Shown: one piece after another, positions 1-13,675 of the stretch
How the letters are laid out: every line of letters starts with the position of its first letter
How positions within the stretch are numbered: position 1 is the stretch's first letter
From: Saccostrea cucullata
Taxonomy: Eukaryota
Assembly: GCF_032062105.1 (NCBI RefSeq)
Contig: NW_026940018.1
Coordinates: 186,001 to 250,000 of the forward strand
Length of the DNA stretch: 64,000 bases
Direction: 5' to 3'
The notes under the pieces: model-generated
Databases searched by the model: none
What the model saw: the letters and a program-made list of their open reading frames with translations, nothing else
Told to the model about the DNA's origin: nothing
Program-made: the position numbers and the translations under genes

Positions 1-73
1 TACAAACTTTACATGTCCCCTTTTAAAACCTTCATTTCATTTTATGAATTTAAATAAAGTTCTCATTCTCCAG

Positions 74-199
74 GAAGAAAGCATGATTCCAATGTATAGC
101 AGAAGAATCGCAGAACATGTTATACATGCTCTTGAAGTATTTAGTCAGCAGCCCTCACTTCCTTATCAGATACCACGTGTCTATGGCTCCTTATTTTAG
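74..199 (+). CDS. Possible terminal exon of an upstream gene (EESMIPMYSRRIAEHVIHALEVFSQQPSLPYQIPRVYGSLF*)
   Basis: Pyrimidine-rich acceptor (ctcattctccag, AG at 72-73), 41 open codons, stop at 197-199, AATAAA near 542. Product not recognised. Confidence 0.3.
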   Translation, partial: EESMIPMYSRRIAEHVIHALEVFSQQPSLPYQIPRVYGSLF

Positions 200-206
200 A
201 AAAGAA

Positions 207-438
207 TACTGTAGATCGGCAAATAATCACGATGGTTATAATTTCACTATGTTCGCGATTTATAATTTCTCAGCGAAATTAAACCCATCGTGAATCCTAT
301 TATTAGTTTTAGAAACGTTTGAATGCTTATATAAAATCTATATTAATTTCTTGCAGCGTGAAATTAAAGCCATCGCGATTGCTAGTTTTTGAGAATTCGT
401 GAAATTTATACACCGTAGAATCAAAACGATTTACAGTA
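207..438. mobile_element. Small MITE-like DNA element
   Basis: TACTGTA...TACAGTA termini and repeated internal (C)GCGAAATTAAA-like motifs; similar in style to 62017-62223. Confidence 0.5.
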
Positions 439-944
439 TGTAATAAGCCCCACCTCATGTATTTCTTCATGGACTTTTTGTTAATAATTGACACGGCTTT
501 GAATAGAATTCAGGGAATTCAATCTCAGGTATTACAGAAGCAATAAATTATAAAATTATTCAATTTCTTTAAAAGGTATTGTAGTTATTTTCATTTTCAG
601 GTGGTAAATTAAAGAAATTAAAAAACTATGCCAAATATATTATTAGTTTGACTTTTTATACATAGTTATGTTTTAACATGTAAAGATAATGAGGAATTTC
701 ATTTATTCCTGAATTCTAGAAAAGACATGAAATTCTTATTCTCGGAAATACTTGTATTTACATGTACTTTTATCAGTTATGTTATGATGTCACTTTTCAT
801 TTGCAAAATATTTTTTTAAACCATTCTGATTGCACAAAATGTCTTCCAACTATCTGTAGGAATTTTCCATAGATACAATTTACGCCCTGTTATAATATTA
901 TATTCGTTTGAAGTAAAATTCATTCAAAAACTTATACTTGAAAA

Positions 945-1555
945 GAAAATAAAACTCTTGCTTTGCTTTTAACTCGACATTTAGATATCACGACGGACGA
1001 CGTATTATCAATTCAAAATAACTTCTGAACTCATAGGTGGACTCAACATAAAAAATAAACAGTACACAACTGTTTCTTATTTTGATATTTTACTAGAAAA
1101 AGAAAAATTGTTAATGACAACCGAAAAACAAAAGTTGATGATAAACAAAATGACTTTTTCATCGTCATCTTCCCTTGCTTTTAATGCAATATACAATCAT
1201 CACCTGCATATGGGGTTAATGCCTTCCAGTTGATTCGATACACAAAAGCATGTTCTACCCACGACGGATTTCTAAAAACGATAAAAGTTTCGTTTCGTTT
1301 AAAGTTCTATTATCGATAAAATGACCATGTCAACAAGTAACAATCTTTTACTTATAATTTGGAATGAATGCTGGTGGACGTTTTCCATGCACACCAATTG
1401 TTTAACCATGATTTACATGCTGAATTATCTAGTGATTTTTCCTAATCATCAAGGAGCACAAGGCGGATGTGAATGGTCGGAAGGAATTGTTCACCTCTCC
1501 AGACTAACTGACCCCACCTCTGATGTTTTACGTGCTTGGTCTGCTCCTGATTTTA
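945..1555 (+). mobile_element. Degenerate 3' fragment of a Penelope-like retroelement
   Basis: Decayed match to the element at 11790-13330 (AFNSTFRY.DD.LSI region, ...QLIRY.. region) and to its ~90-nt 3' motif at ~1460-1550. Confidence 0.7.
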
Positions 1556-4441
1556 ATTATAGCGAGCGCAGCGAGCGTCGCGAAGCGAGCTCAATAGACT
1601 AACGTGTATGAACAGAGGAAATTCGGATTGAAATCTGTACATATGTCAAATTTCTATATACATTGTCTGTGTTATATAATGTCCTTTGCGCGAATAAATC
1701 AAAAAAATAGTAAAACAATTAAAGGAACATTGTTTCTTACCGAATTCTTAACGAAATGATTTTGCCTTACCTTATTCAAAAAAAATACCCCCATGCCACA
1801 ACACCGGCCTTCACCTTTTCGGAAATGATAAAAAAATGACGTACAAACTTACGAATTTTGCGAAGTTATGTATTGCTTCCGTGAGATTTCAGGGTGCAAA
1901 ACACAGTTTTATGTATGACGTTATCAGGACGTTACTTGGTGAGGGACAAGCAAAAATAAAAAAATAAAATGGAGGATTGTTACATAGACTTCTGCATATC
2001 AATGGAAAGATAAAATTGTCAAAAATATCCAACTAAATACATTCATCAATTACTTAGGGGGTATTTGACACCTGAAAAAATATTGGGTTGTTCATGCATC
2101 CATTTTCAGTGCACCTATGCATTTTTAACCCCCCTGCTCAACAAAAACAGAAAAAATCAGACAAAATAAGTTGTATGCATTTCACAGAACAAGTCCTAAG
2201 GTTTTCTTTTAGTGTGCTTTTAGGGTACATTTTCCACCTCTTGAAAGAGCTACATTACCTGCTAATTGACTCATGCAATTCTGCACATGTGAAAACTGGA
2301 TGTTTTGGGAGTTATCTCCCCCTAAAAAAAGTCTCACAATTTTTTTTTCTAAAAATGAATGCACATTTTTTTCTTTAAATATTAAGATAAATTCTACTTT
2401 AGTGTTAAAGATGCAGTTTTCATCTAGACTCCTATAAATAGCAGGAAAATCCCTACCCAGCATGCTTCTCTCTGGGAAAATCATTATACAACTGTGTTTA
2501 CATCAGAAAAATTTTGCATAGCAACATGGTGATGACAAAATATACAACAACTTACTTGAAAAAACGATTTAATGCAATCTCTTTTCCATAAAACTAGCGT
2601 TTTCCTCAAAAGATGGCGTCACTTCAAGGGACATAACTTTTGAAAAAATGTTTGATTCAATGCTTGGGAAATGATTTCTTTTTATTGTTTTGTTTTATTC
2701 TTTTTCTTTCTTTTTCTTGAATGATAGACAGTGCATGTGTAGGTTTATGAAGAAATAAATGTCACAGTAAAAAATTATAATGTGTATCAAATTTTACTGT
2801 TGATTTTACACTATCACGTGACGTTGTGATCCGACTTTCCGGATCACCACATTAGACATATACTCTCTGAAATAAAAAAAACAATATATCGTTAAAAAGC
2901 ATCATGCTTTGTTTTTATTTTAAAATTCTAAAGTATCATTTTCTAAACATGAGGGGGTATATAATGAATTTATCATTATAACAGTAACCTGACAGGCGCG
3001 GATCATCTTCGGCGCTTCGCGTCTCGTTAGATCTGATGATCATATGACGTGATAGACCCTTCAGATCAAGTTACTGTTAATAAGGCTGTAACGGATTAGA
3101 AAAAATCGAACAGGTATATATTATATAATTTGCCAAAACATTGAAAGTCACTCCTTATAATTTAATTTTAATATAATTAAACAATTGTGGATGTAAAATT
3201 GTGCAGCTTTTTCTGAGTTCAAATTTGCCGCTCTATAATACATCCCTAGTAACGGAAGTGATATGAAACAAGGGGAGGTAATAACTGATACACAGATCTA
3301 GCAGCCATGATGTTTGTTTACATATGAAAACCCTTTGAAGTTAAAGGTACATTTATTAAATCTGGAATTTTCATGCTGCCCAAGGACTGGAAATGAGGGG
3401 ATTGCATGGATACAGATGATTCAGCTGGTTGTCAAGGGGGTGTGTCCCCATACCAAACTAGGTTATTGAGAAATAATTTGCATTTACAACCAATTTTGGC
3501 ATACAGCATCATGCTACCTTTGCCCATGAGAGCTAGAATACAAACAAAATTAAATTATAATAATATATATGTATTGCTTAATGGATTTTTTTAACTTGAA
3601 TACTGTTTGTTATCTCCATATTTCATTTCATATAAAATGTCTATGTTATATAAGCCGATGCAAGAGTAAAAAAAAAACAGAGAAACAGAGTAAGAGTAAT
3701 GGTAATTCAGGATTTCTCAATGATTTATAAATTAAAGAAATCTACAAACATGCGTTATGCATTTTATTTTACTGCGATTTCAGGGTCAATTTAACATAAG
3801 TTCTCAAGCAAAAATCAAATAAAGAAATATTATAATTTTTCCAAAATAAGATGTCAAAAATATGAACCAATTCACTTTCAGAAGAAAATTTGTATCCTAT
3901 AGTCCAATCCACAATTTGAAATAGTTATCTCCTTTTGGGGGGTCAACCAAAAAGTCAAAAGGGAAAGTAATGACATTTCTTTGCTTTACGCATTTGTGTG
4001 TGCTCCGATAAATTCACAGTGTTAAAATTTTTTTTCTATCGATATATGGGTAGCCCCATCTTGGGGCAATCATTATACAAGATTTACATAATTTTTCCAG
4101 TCAGATGACAAAGTTACAAACCAGAAAACTATAAGGGCTACTGTGAGGATTCTATGGGTTTTCCCCAAAAGATGGCGGCCAAGGGACATAACTTTTGAAA
4201 AATGTTGATTTAACTATTCTCTCATTACATTAAATTTTTCTTTCCCTTTAACCTGATTTATGAGATGTCATAAAAATTATAATGTGTAGAAAATCAGATA
4301 ATTACTAATATCTTCCCAAGCATTAGACTTATCAAATAAAAAAAACAATATATCGATAGCATCACTATTTTATTTTAAAATTCACTAGGCTCAAACATGG
4401 GAAAAAGCAAAACCTGTCTGCGCTGAATTACAGCAATAAGG

Positions 4442-5108
4442 TCAAGAAGCGGCTGTAACAGAGAGAAAAAACCAAAACATGGAACAATTTTTAATAAAAC
4501 AGGATGAGTTTATTTCAATTACTGTATTAATATTAATATGAAAACCACAAAACTTACACTTCATGCTGCCCATAGATGGCATCATCATACCGTTCATTCC
4601 TCCCATGTTTCCGCCCATCATATTCATCATTCCCATTGGCATCATCATCATGCTACCTTTGCCCATGCCGTCTCCCATTCCTCCGTTCATCATACTGCCC
4701 ATAGATGGCATCATCATAGAGTTCATTCCTCCATTAGCTGGCATCATCATCATCATTTTGTTCATTCCTCCCATGCCGCTGTTCATCATGCCTCCTCCCA
4801 TGCCACTGTTCATCATACCTCCTCCCATGCCGCCGTTCATCATGCCTCCTCCCATGCCGCCGTTCATCATGTCTCCTCCCATGCCGCCGTTCATTCCCAT
4901 ACCTCCTTTTAAAAATGTATTTAAATAAGTGTTAATTATCGATGGTGGTAGCTTGAAATTTTCTGTAATATTTCACACACAAAATCAAAATACGAAGAGA
5001 AATTTAAAAACTTATTTGTAAGGAGATTATAATTTCAGTACCTGGCCCGTAGCCTGCTGCGCTGGCGACAGCAATAAGGCAAGAAACGGCAACTAGAGAG
5101 AAAACCAT
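4442..5108 (-). CDS. Gene A: secreted Met/Gly-rich abductin-like protein (~141 aa). Exons 5108-5042, 4905-4558 and tentative 4452-4442; 5'UTR exon ends at 5354
   Basis: Signal exon MVFSLVAVSCLIAVASAAGYGP directly after an AG; phase-1 GT-AG junctions; GGMGGGMMN repeats. The last exon is uncertain because it lies in a garbled region. Confidence 0.85.
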
Positions 5109-5353
5109 CTGGAAAAAATTAAGACAACTGATATTTCAATTATGTATTATATGTTATAACCCTACTGTAATTTTACAGAATCCTTCAGACAAGAAGTCTT
5201 CAAAACAGCCAGTTTATGACAAGGATTATGCATTTCAAATACCGTGAATCAAAGGTTCACTTAATTTTCTAAGATAAGTGTCACTTAACATAGCTATATA
5301 AAGAATTAATAAAAACAATTACGATTAAATAAAAACTTTAAACTTCCACTTAC

Positions 5354-5545
5354 TTTGAGCAAAGGTATTCAAGTGTCGGACAAAAAACCCGGAGAAATGA
5401 GAGACGAATCACTGATTAGATTTCGAACCGAGAACGGTTTATATAGTCAGAGTGTTTATCCTTTTCCGGTGGCCAATTAGCCGGGTGATCATTATGTTTG
5501 TTGTATAACAAGCCAAACCTGACAAAATGTATGCTTTGACTTCGA
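5354..5545 (-). promoter_or_regulatory. Non-coding first exon and core promoter of gene A
   Basis: GTAAGT donor at 5353-5348; TATA (CTATATAAA) at 5446-5438; CGGAAA at 5468-5463; ~190-bp block conserved with the gene B promoter. Confidence 0.75.
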
Positions 5546-6099
5546 TGTTTTATTTTTTGGACGGTTCATTGTTTTGATGTTCTGTTTTAAATCGTGTCTT
5601 ACACACCTTGACATAGTTTTATAGTTCTACATGATTTTCGATAAATTTTTTCTGCATTTTAGTGCAACTATTAATTGCTTTGTCAACATTTAAAAAAAAA
5701 AAATCAAGTATAAGATATCATGCTTGCCATTTTTTGTGGGTCTTTTTTGGTTTTGTTTTCTTTTCCTTTTTTGCTGACAAAATTTCCTAAACCAGAATAA
5801 TTGTTTCTAATTTTTTTCTATGATGTATACAAGGCAGTAAAAAATAAAATCCAAAAAGCTACCAGTTCTTTTATAAACACCGACAAAGGAACAAGAATTC
5901 AATAAGCATTTTCGCCAAAAAGAATATATTTTGTCATCATTTATGAATTCTCTTTAAACGTTTTGTATATGATGAATTAGCCCAGGAAGTTTCAAATAAA
6001 AGACAGAATGAGATGAATTTAAAAAAAACATCTTGGCACAATTTATAAATAATGTATTAGTTATTCATTTCTGATGATAGATTTGGTCTAAAAGGAGAG

Positions 6100-6295
6100 T
6101 ATTTACAATTTATGCTCCCCAGACCTTTGATGCATGTATATAATCCCATGGTTAATATCAATTTTTTTCCTCGTTTCTACCTTTAATGAAACTCATCATT
6201 TCAATGGGGATCGTCATGTTACCATGTCATGTTGCCTTCTATTTCTTCTTTCATTTTGCCGTTCATAATGGCATCATCAGAAAACAATTCCAGCA
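6100..6295 (-). pseudogene. Highly degenerate copy of gene B exon 3
   Basis: catcatttcaatggggatcgtcatgttaccatgtcatgttgccttct...ggcatcatcagaa aligns with gene B at ~13950-14055 with many indels. Confidence 0.5.
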
Positions 6296-6985
6296 TATTT
6301 GCTTTCTTGTCTACATCTACTGACTTTATAAGATTAATTTGTACATGTATTGTCCCTTTGTCCATTTTTTCTGTTATTCGACAATCCTACGTTACTATTG
6401 CAAGAATAAACTAGAAAGTCTCCTATTGCATGCAATAGCATATGTTGCCCCGAACTGGACAAGACTTTCATTTTTTTCATCACTAAAACAATATCCATTC
6501 GCTAAGCTTGGACAACCTTCAACTGGTATCAGTCCTATCAGTACTTTGATTTAAAAATCAAAGTTAAAGAATTTTCATTTTTCCCCTGTTTCCATGGAAA
6601 CTATTGACAATTTGCAATTTTGAAATCCAATGAGCACAATTACAGATACTAATCATTACATAAAAAAATTTCATAAAGAATGTTCAAGGGACCAGAGAGA
6701 ACATTCGCGGACAATATTCGTCGCTTTTTGCAGGTTTCCATGGCAACGGTAGCCATTTTGAAACCAGTGATCCTCCTTTGTGGAAAGTTTCAAGAAGATT
6801 GATATAGTTATCTCCGAGAAACAGCCCGTAGAACAAAAACATGCGTTCAGTCGCAATATGTCGCCCGACTTCGTTCCGAGCGACATAATTATTCCTATAC
6901 TTTCTGAAAGAGTAAGGCGGTTATGAGAGTTTTATAAACTTTCTTAATGTTTTGGAAATACCACTTATTATTTTTAATATATATT

Positions 6986-8061
6986 CGAGGGTTGATCCAA
7001 AAGAAATGTCACAGTATCCATATCTTTTATATTTGGCGCCATATTATCAAATACAATATATCAAAAGATGCACAAATACAAATCTAATCAACATTGGAAT
7101 TTTCATTTAATAATGTTTATTTAAATTCATTTTATAGATGTTTAAAACATAAAGCATTGGGGATGTCGCCGCGTCACAACTGAACGTCACATTTTAAAGT
7201 GTATTTTTTCTTACAATGCAAAATACAAACACATTTAAAAGATTCTAAAACAGCACCAAATCTCTCTCTCTCTCTCTTTTTCTTTTTTTTTTTTTTTACA
7301 CAATTCAAGTCATTTTCTAGTCTTTAATTGAAAATAAAATGATTGGTATTTGTGATCATAAACATTGTTGTTTACTCTCTTGATTGGAACAAAGGGATTG
7401 TCGAAATGGGAAAAAAATCGGCTCGACGAGTTGTAATGCATTTTTGCTTCAAAATATGGGAATCATCACTAGCGACAGTTACGTTAATTAATTAGACTCA
7501 CAGAATAAAGAATGTAAATAAGAGACTTCTTTATAGATGGTTTCAGTAATTTTGGGCGGATGATGGGTCATTGAATGATAGCAGAGGACAAAAGGACCGA
7601 AAGATAGGAGAGGAGATCGGACGGAAACGTTCAGTAGTGTCTGACGTAGTCAAAAAACACAGACGGATAGAGTGACATGTGAATTTTAAGTTTGCCTTAT
7701 GCTACTGTTCAAAAAAATTGACAGAGGGCTTAATTATGAAAAGAGTGAGTGTATAATGGTACAAACAATTCTTAGAGAAAGTGAAGTTGGTGAAAGTGTT
7801 TGCGAATCACAAATATTTTTTAAAGAAACAAAGGGGAAACGCTTGAAAGTATGACAGCGTGTATCCGTCATATGACGTTATATTTAGGTGCGGTGAGTAC
7901 CATAAATGCACATTGGTTTGGAAAGTATACATCATATTCCTTTGAATTTTTCAAGTCTGATTTGAAATAAATATAGCTTTCATCATGTATAATTGTGTTG
8001 TTTTACGTCGATTTATAGCAATTTTATCAAAGCTGTGACATTACTTTTGGATCAACCATCG
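6986..8061 (+). mobile_element. Non-autonomous Tc1/mariner element
   Basis: 29-bp TIRs CGAGGGTTGATCCAAAAGAAATGTCACAG (27/29 match), TA on the right flank, decayed mariner-like transposase 5' sequence inside. A solo TIR copy starts at 16076. Confidence 0.8.
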
Positions 8062-10639
8062 TATATATACAGAAAGAGAACAGCTACACACAAATATGTC
8101 CTAATGTTTTTTTTGTTGATGTACCTGACTTTAAATGAATATTATCTTTTCTTTATCCCAAATATAAAAACACTTTGAACAAAAAGTTTGCAATCTACGT
8201 TAATCTTATTATAATTCATTCTAATAATCGTAAATGATAAAATTACAAATTCCTTAAATAGTTCTCATAATACCTGTAAAATATTTCGAAAGTTTTGAAT
8301 TTTATAATCAAATAAGTGCAATGATATTTTGTTTGATTAAAAACTTTGTCCGTAGATGGGAAATAGATGCAAAACTAATTCGAATAAAACGTATTTCGTC
8401 TTATTTCAATGTGCTAATGTATCTTAAGGTATTCAATGTATATAGATGGGATTTTGAACAATTTTTAAAAATTTAAAGGGTTATAATTAAAATCGCAGTG
8501 CTAGATAACGATAAAAGTGAAATAAACCAAATTCACAGGACTGATAACATGTAAGGAGACAGTCATTTTGAACTTTAAAAGTTTTGAAGAGTTATCTGCC
8601 CTTCATGAAAGGAAGAAATTTTTTATATTTCTGAAAATTTCTGCGGTAAATTATTTAATTTATTGCATAGTTTAATAAAGAGGGGATTCTTCATATTTTT
8701 CACTAAGAGATTTGTTTGAAATTCAAATTCCTTTTTACAATTTCTTCTAAACATGTGCTGCACATAGACTTCAATATAAAATTCAAAGTGTAATTAATTG
8801 GAAAATAATTAATTTTTTGTAAATTCCTGTGATGGAGCATTTTAATTTGATAACATCTTCAAAATGCTTCCATGATTAAAAATATCGGACTATCATTTAT
8901 AAGGTACAAAATTTGGTCGTTATACATTGAATATCTTAATTATATATTAATTTTTTTTTTATTATTACGCTAAAAATATGGTGGTGGAAAATATCAAGAA
9001 TTGTATCAAGGAACGTGTCTCAAAATTACGTCTTTTCTAAAAAGATATTTACAGCCAACTGAAAGTTACAATCATTTTTTTTATTGCTAAACAACGTTAA
9101 ATCTATTGTTAATTTTTTTTTCTATAACATTGTTTTTCATCAACCCTACGGGGTGTAAAGATCGGACAGGTGTAATGCAGCTCTCAGAAGAGCATCTCGA
9201 AAGTTTCGATCTTATTATTGTATAAATTGAAACTCAGTACTTCTAAAAAAATTAAACTATTTTATTAATTAGATTTAACTGCATATACTCAGATTTCTGG
9301 AAGAAAATAGAACTGAAAATTTGACGCACCCCTAACAAAGGAAATGAATAGTTAAATAACAAAGAATCCGAATAAACGAAACGAAATACACGACAAATCT
9401 TTATTGATAGATTATTTTTTCCTTTGGTTTATTCATCAGAAACTGATGGTCTTTAAGGTCAATGTACTTCATGTACTTCATGTCAAACATGATATTAATG
9501 TATGCTTTAATTTACACATTTTATTTTTAGAAAAAAAAATGTTTTGATGCATAGCGTGGGCCGTGTTAAGACACACCTTAACATTGTTTTGTAACTCCTC
9601 GACATAATCTTATTCGTCTCGCCCTTTGAATTTCACTACATATCACACTATTTACTTGTACTTTTATCATCTTAAAATACATTTTTAACAAGTCAGAAAA
9701 AGATAAACGAACCTCTTGAATACTACCAAATCAGCATTTTATTAGTGTCAACTTTGCGATGTCGACTTTAAGGTAGGAAACATTTTCGTTCAATCAACTC
9801 AATATTCCTATTGCAATTGCAGTACAGGGGTGTGATATTTCAAGCAAAATGTGAAACGTTGCAATGAATATAAACTTTTTGAAAAACAGGTTTTTAATAT
9901 ATTTATTATAACAAAATAATTCTTTATATCCATTTAACATAAATATGGTATGAACAATTATAATTAATTAGAAATACTATTGGCTTATTGTGGAAAATGT
10001 AAGCATAAGTACTAATGTAAACTATAGTTCACTATAGTTAACTATATATCAAAGTTTTAACTATAGTAAATCAAGGTTTTTACTAAAGTTAATCAAAGTA
10101 TTTCTAATACTAATTTCAGAGCATGATACTTTTTTTTTAAATTCCCATTAGCAAAAGAAAATATTACATGTATTTACAGATTAATCAAAAAATGTACCTA
10201 CTCTGTATTTCATTGAAGAAATATAAAGGCTCTAGATCTTCAATAAAACTTTTAAAGTAAAGTTTCACAGTAAATCAAAGTAACATTTACTCTACTTAAC
10301 TTCAGTTAACTATTAATAGTGAATTAAAGAAAATTTTTATTAGGGTAATTCAGGGAACAAGGTTAAAAACATAATTTTTCGCCCATTTGGCCCTATGGTG
10401 CAAATCATAATTCTGAAACCTTATTGCATACATCTGTAGGACATCACAAAGTATCGAAAGCCATTTTTCGACCCCAACTTGCATGAACGTAGGGTGAAAA
10501 TGAAAATTCCGAAACCTTATTGCACACCTACAAGATTCCACCAATCATATTTTAAAATACAAAATTACTACGGCAAAATAAATATATATAAAAATAGATC
10601 AAACTCAGGGAACCAGTTTTTGCAGAAAAGACTCCTCCA

Positions 10640-11760
10640 TGAGCAAGAATATTCCAAAAAGACAGCATTACTATAGATGTTGTCAATAATAAACTCGAGC
10701 ATATTTTTTAAAATATCAACTTCAGAGTACTTGAGTGTACAAACAGAATGTTTATTTTACTAAATAGTTTTGCAAATGAACAATGGCAATATCAGTAAAT
10801 TTACCATTTTTATTGTATTTGAAGTATTTGAAACCACCAACCGTGTGATTTTACTCTATGAGCACTAAGTAGACATGCTACCTTCACTTACTCGATTGTA
10901 ATTTTATTCCAGATGCATTAAAAAAACCTCAGTCAATTTTGAGGAATTATATTTTTCGTGTATGCTCTACAACAAATAGTGATAGTTACTGTTTTATTAC
11001 TGTCTAACATTTTATCGATAAACAAAAACACAAGAACTATATCTTCGATGATACTAGTATTATACTGTTTTTGCATACTCCACGTCCTACACGTCCGATG
11101 ATTCTTCATACTTTTTGCTAAAATAGTAATTACATGTACTTGTTTTTTTTATTTCCTCCTCTTGCTATATCATACTTGATGTATACTTGTATCATGATTT
11201 ATGAAAAATATATAAACGAACAGTATTTAAGATCGAAGTCCATACAAAAAATATAAATCTGGAGCAGAGAAAACACGGATCTCTAAAACATCAGTTAGGG
11301 TCAGGTGATTTGGAGGAATAAGGATCCGTTACCGACAGTTCACACCCGCCATGTTCTTCCTATTTTGATTAGGATATAACAGGAAAATGCATTGACAATT
11401 CCTTGTGTAAATTATGGTCTAACTATTGGTTTCAACAACGTTGTTCTACATTTGTGACATAATGATAGGTTGTATTCAATTGCCGACAAGGTTTTTATAT
11501 CCAACATAGAACTTTCAAAATGATTTTAAACGTGAATGTTGATATTTTTGCTTCAACAAACTTTTTTTGTCAATGACTTCTCGCGTAAAAGGAATTGTTC
11601 TTACATAGAACATGTTCTTGAGTACCGAATCAACTGAGGGATATTAATCCCACGTACATGTTTTCATAAAATTCTACTGATTATTGAAATCGCCATTTAT
11701 TGCGTAAAAGTTGGTATAAATTCGTCAAATATTAAAATGCCTCTCTCAATTCTAGTTTTT
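10640..11760 (-). mobile_element. Older, decayed Penelope-like fragments (RT piece ~10640-10815; 3' end ~11250-11760)
   Basis: Degenerate matches to 12620-12775 and 11830-12330, including the 3' motif at ~11260-11353. Confidence 0.65.
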
Positions 11761-11789
11761 TTTTTAATTCTGAGGCTTTAGGGAAGGAT

Positions 11790-13330
11790 ATATGGAAATA
11801 ACAAACAGTAGTTAATATCAAACTCCATAAAACGATACAAAATAGGAGCAGAGCAAACACGGACCTCTAAAACATCAGAGGTGGGATCAGGTGCCATGAA
11901 GGAGTATTTTTTCTGACCGGTCACACCCGCCATGTGCCCTTGTCATGATCGGGAAATAACGGTAAAATCCGTCGTCAATTCAATGTATAGATAATGAACT
12001 AACAATTAGTATGAAAAACGTCAGTCAGCATTTGCCTTAATGATAAATTGTATTTGCTGACAAGGTCACTGTATCGACCAGAGAACTTACGAAATGATGA
12101 CTTTAAACGAGACTGCTGATATTCTTGTTTCATCAACTTGCTTATCAATAATTTATCTCGTTTAGGAAATTGTTCATACGTAGAGCATCTCTTGCGTATC
12201 GAATCAACTGAGATATATACACTCCGCATGCAGGCGATGAAGGTATATTGCTGCATAAGTAAGGGAAGTTAACTAGAAAAGTTGTTTTTATCAAATAGCT
12301 TGGTTGTTAGATTACCATTAAGGTCTTTTTCAGGTAAAATATCCAAGTATGAATCATGTGTCAGACTCTGTGGTATCTTTTATCTCAAGCTCTCCAGGAT
12401 ACATATCAACGTAAGAATGGAAATGACCATTGTTAATTGACGATACGTCGTCGATATATCTAAATGTCGAGTTGAATGCCACAGCAAGTGTTTTCTTCTT
12501 TTCACGCATAAGATTTTGTACAAATTCTGCTTCATATGAATACAAAATTAGGTCTGCTAATAACGGAGCGCAATTTGTACCCATGGGAATTCCAGTAGAT
12601 TGTTGGAAGACCTGGTCTCCAAAAACCACATACACATTCTCAATCAGAAACTCAAGCATCTCTTTGATGTCAACTTCAAAGTACTTGTGTGTGCAATCAG
12701 AATGTGTTTTAATAAAATAATTTTGCAAATGACCAATGACCAGGTGAGTAAATTTACGAGTTCCATTTTTATTGAAAAAGCAGCTATCAATGATATCAAA
12801 AAGCCTGAACTTTAATTTATCGTGGGGAATTGTTGTGTATAAAGTTGAAAAGTCGTAAGTTTTTAATCTGTTGATTTTGTTAAAATCTTGTGATTTCAAA
12901 TTGTCCAAAAGTTCTTTGGAATTTTTGAGCATCCACATCTGATTCACACCACTTCTTGAATATATTGTTGCACAGTACTCTTGAAGTTTTTCCTTCACTT
13001 CTGTCAATATCTTAGTGAGGAGTAACGAAAGAGGCTTGGTTGAACATTTACCGGAACACACAATGTGTCTTTGTTTGTAAGGATTTTTATGAAGTTTCGG
13101 AATCCAGTATATATATAGGATAATTCAAATTCATTTTGACTCTGGGGAATATTAAAGATATTTAAAACTGACATATGATTTTGAAGAATTTCTTCCTTAG
13201 AAAGGAAGTATGAGTACAAGTAGGATTACCACTTGTAGAATTAAATCCAAGTTCTTCTAAAAGATATTTATATAATGAGCCTTACAAACGAAGACAATGT
13301 TGTTACCTGCTTTGTCGGCAGGAACCAAAA
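11790..13330 (-). mobile_element. Penelope-like retroelement: 5'-truncated, frameshifted reverse transcriptase
   Basis: ORF pieces with YDFSTLYTTIPH, GIPMGTNCAPLLADL and FRYIDD motifs. No GIY-YIG follows the RT C-terminus. Confidence 0.85.
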
Positions 13331-13675
13331 TTTTTAACGTCATCGCGTCAGATACGAGATTTCTCTATCTCAATTGACAGAGGACATTAAATCAAAGTTT
13401 GGGCGCATTTTATGGGCAACACATTCATGTGTAAATTTTGTACTAATTTACATTAAGTGATGATCAACATACGATTTTGTTATTGACAAACAAACTGACT
13501 CGGTTCAAAAGTAATAACGTAGTTTTAGTTGCAGAAACAAAAACAAATTTTTCTACAACTAGATTTTAAGCGACAATAATTTATTTGTGATACAGATGTA
13601 ACAAGGCAAACACAGGTAAAACTCCTCGGGGTCTTTTACATATGATGAAATAAATCTACATAATATCTCTTATCC

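Noticed and set aside
4538-4928. His-rich and Pro/Ile-rich plus-strand ORFs
   Set aside because: Antisense shadows of the ATG/GGA-rich repeats of gene A; no splice or signal support.
11845-11935. Hammerhead ribozyme in the Penelope-like element
   Set aside because: The CUGAUGA and GAAA core is not present; kept only as an unassigned structured motif.
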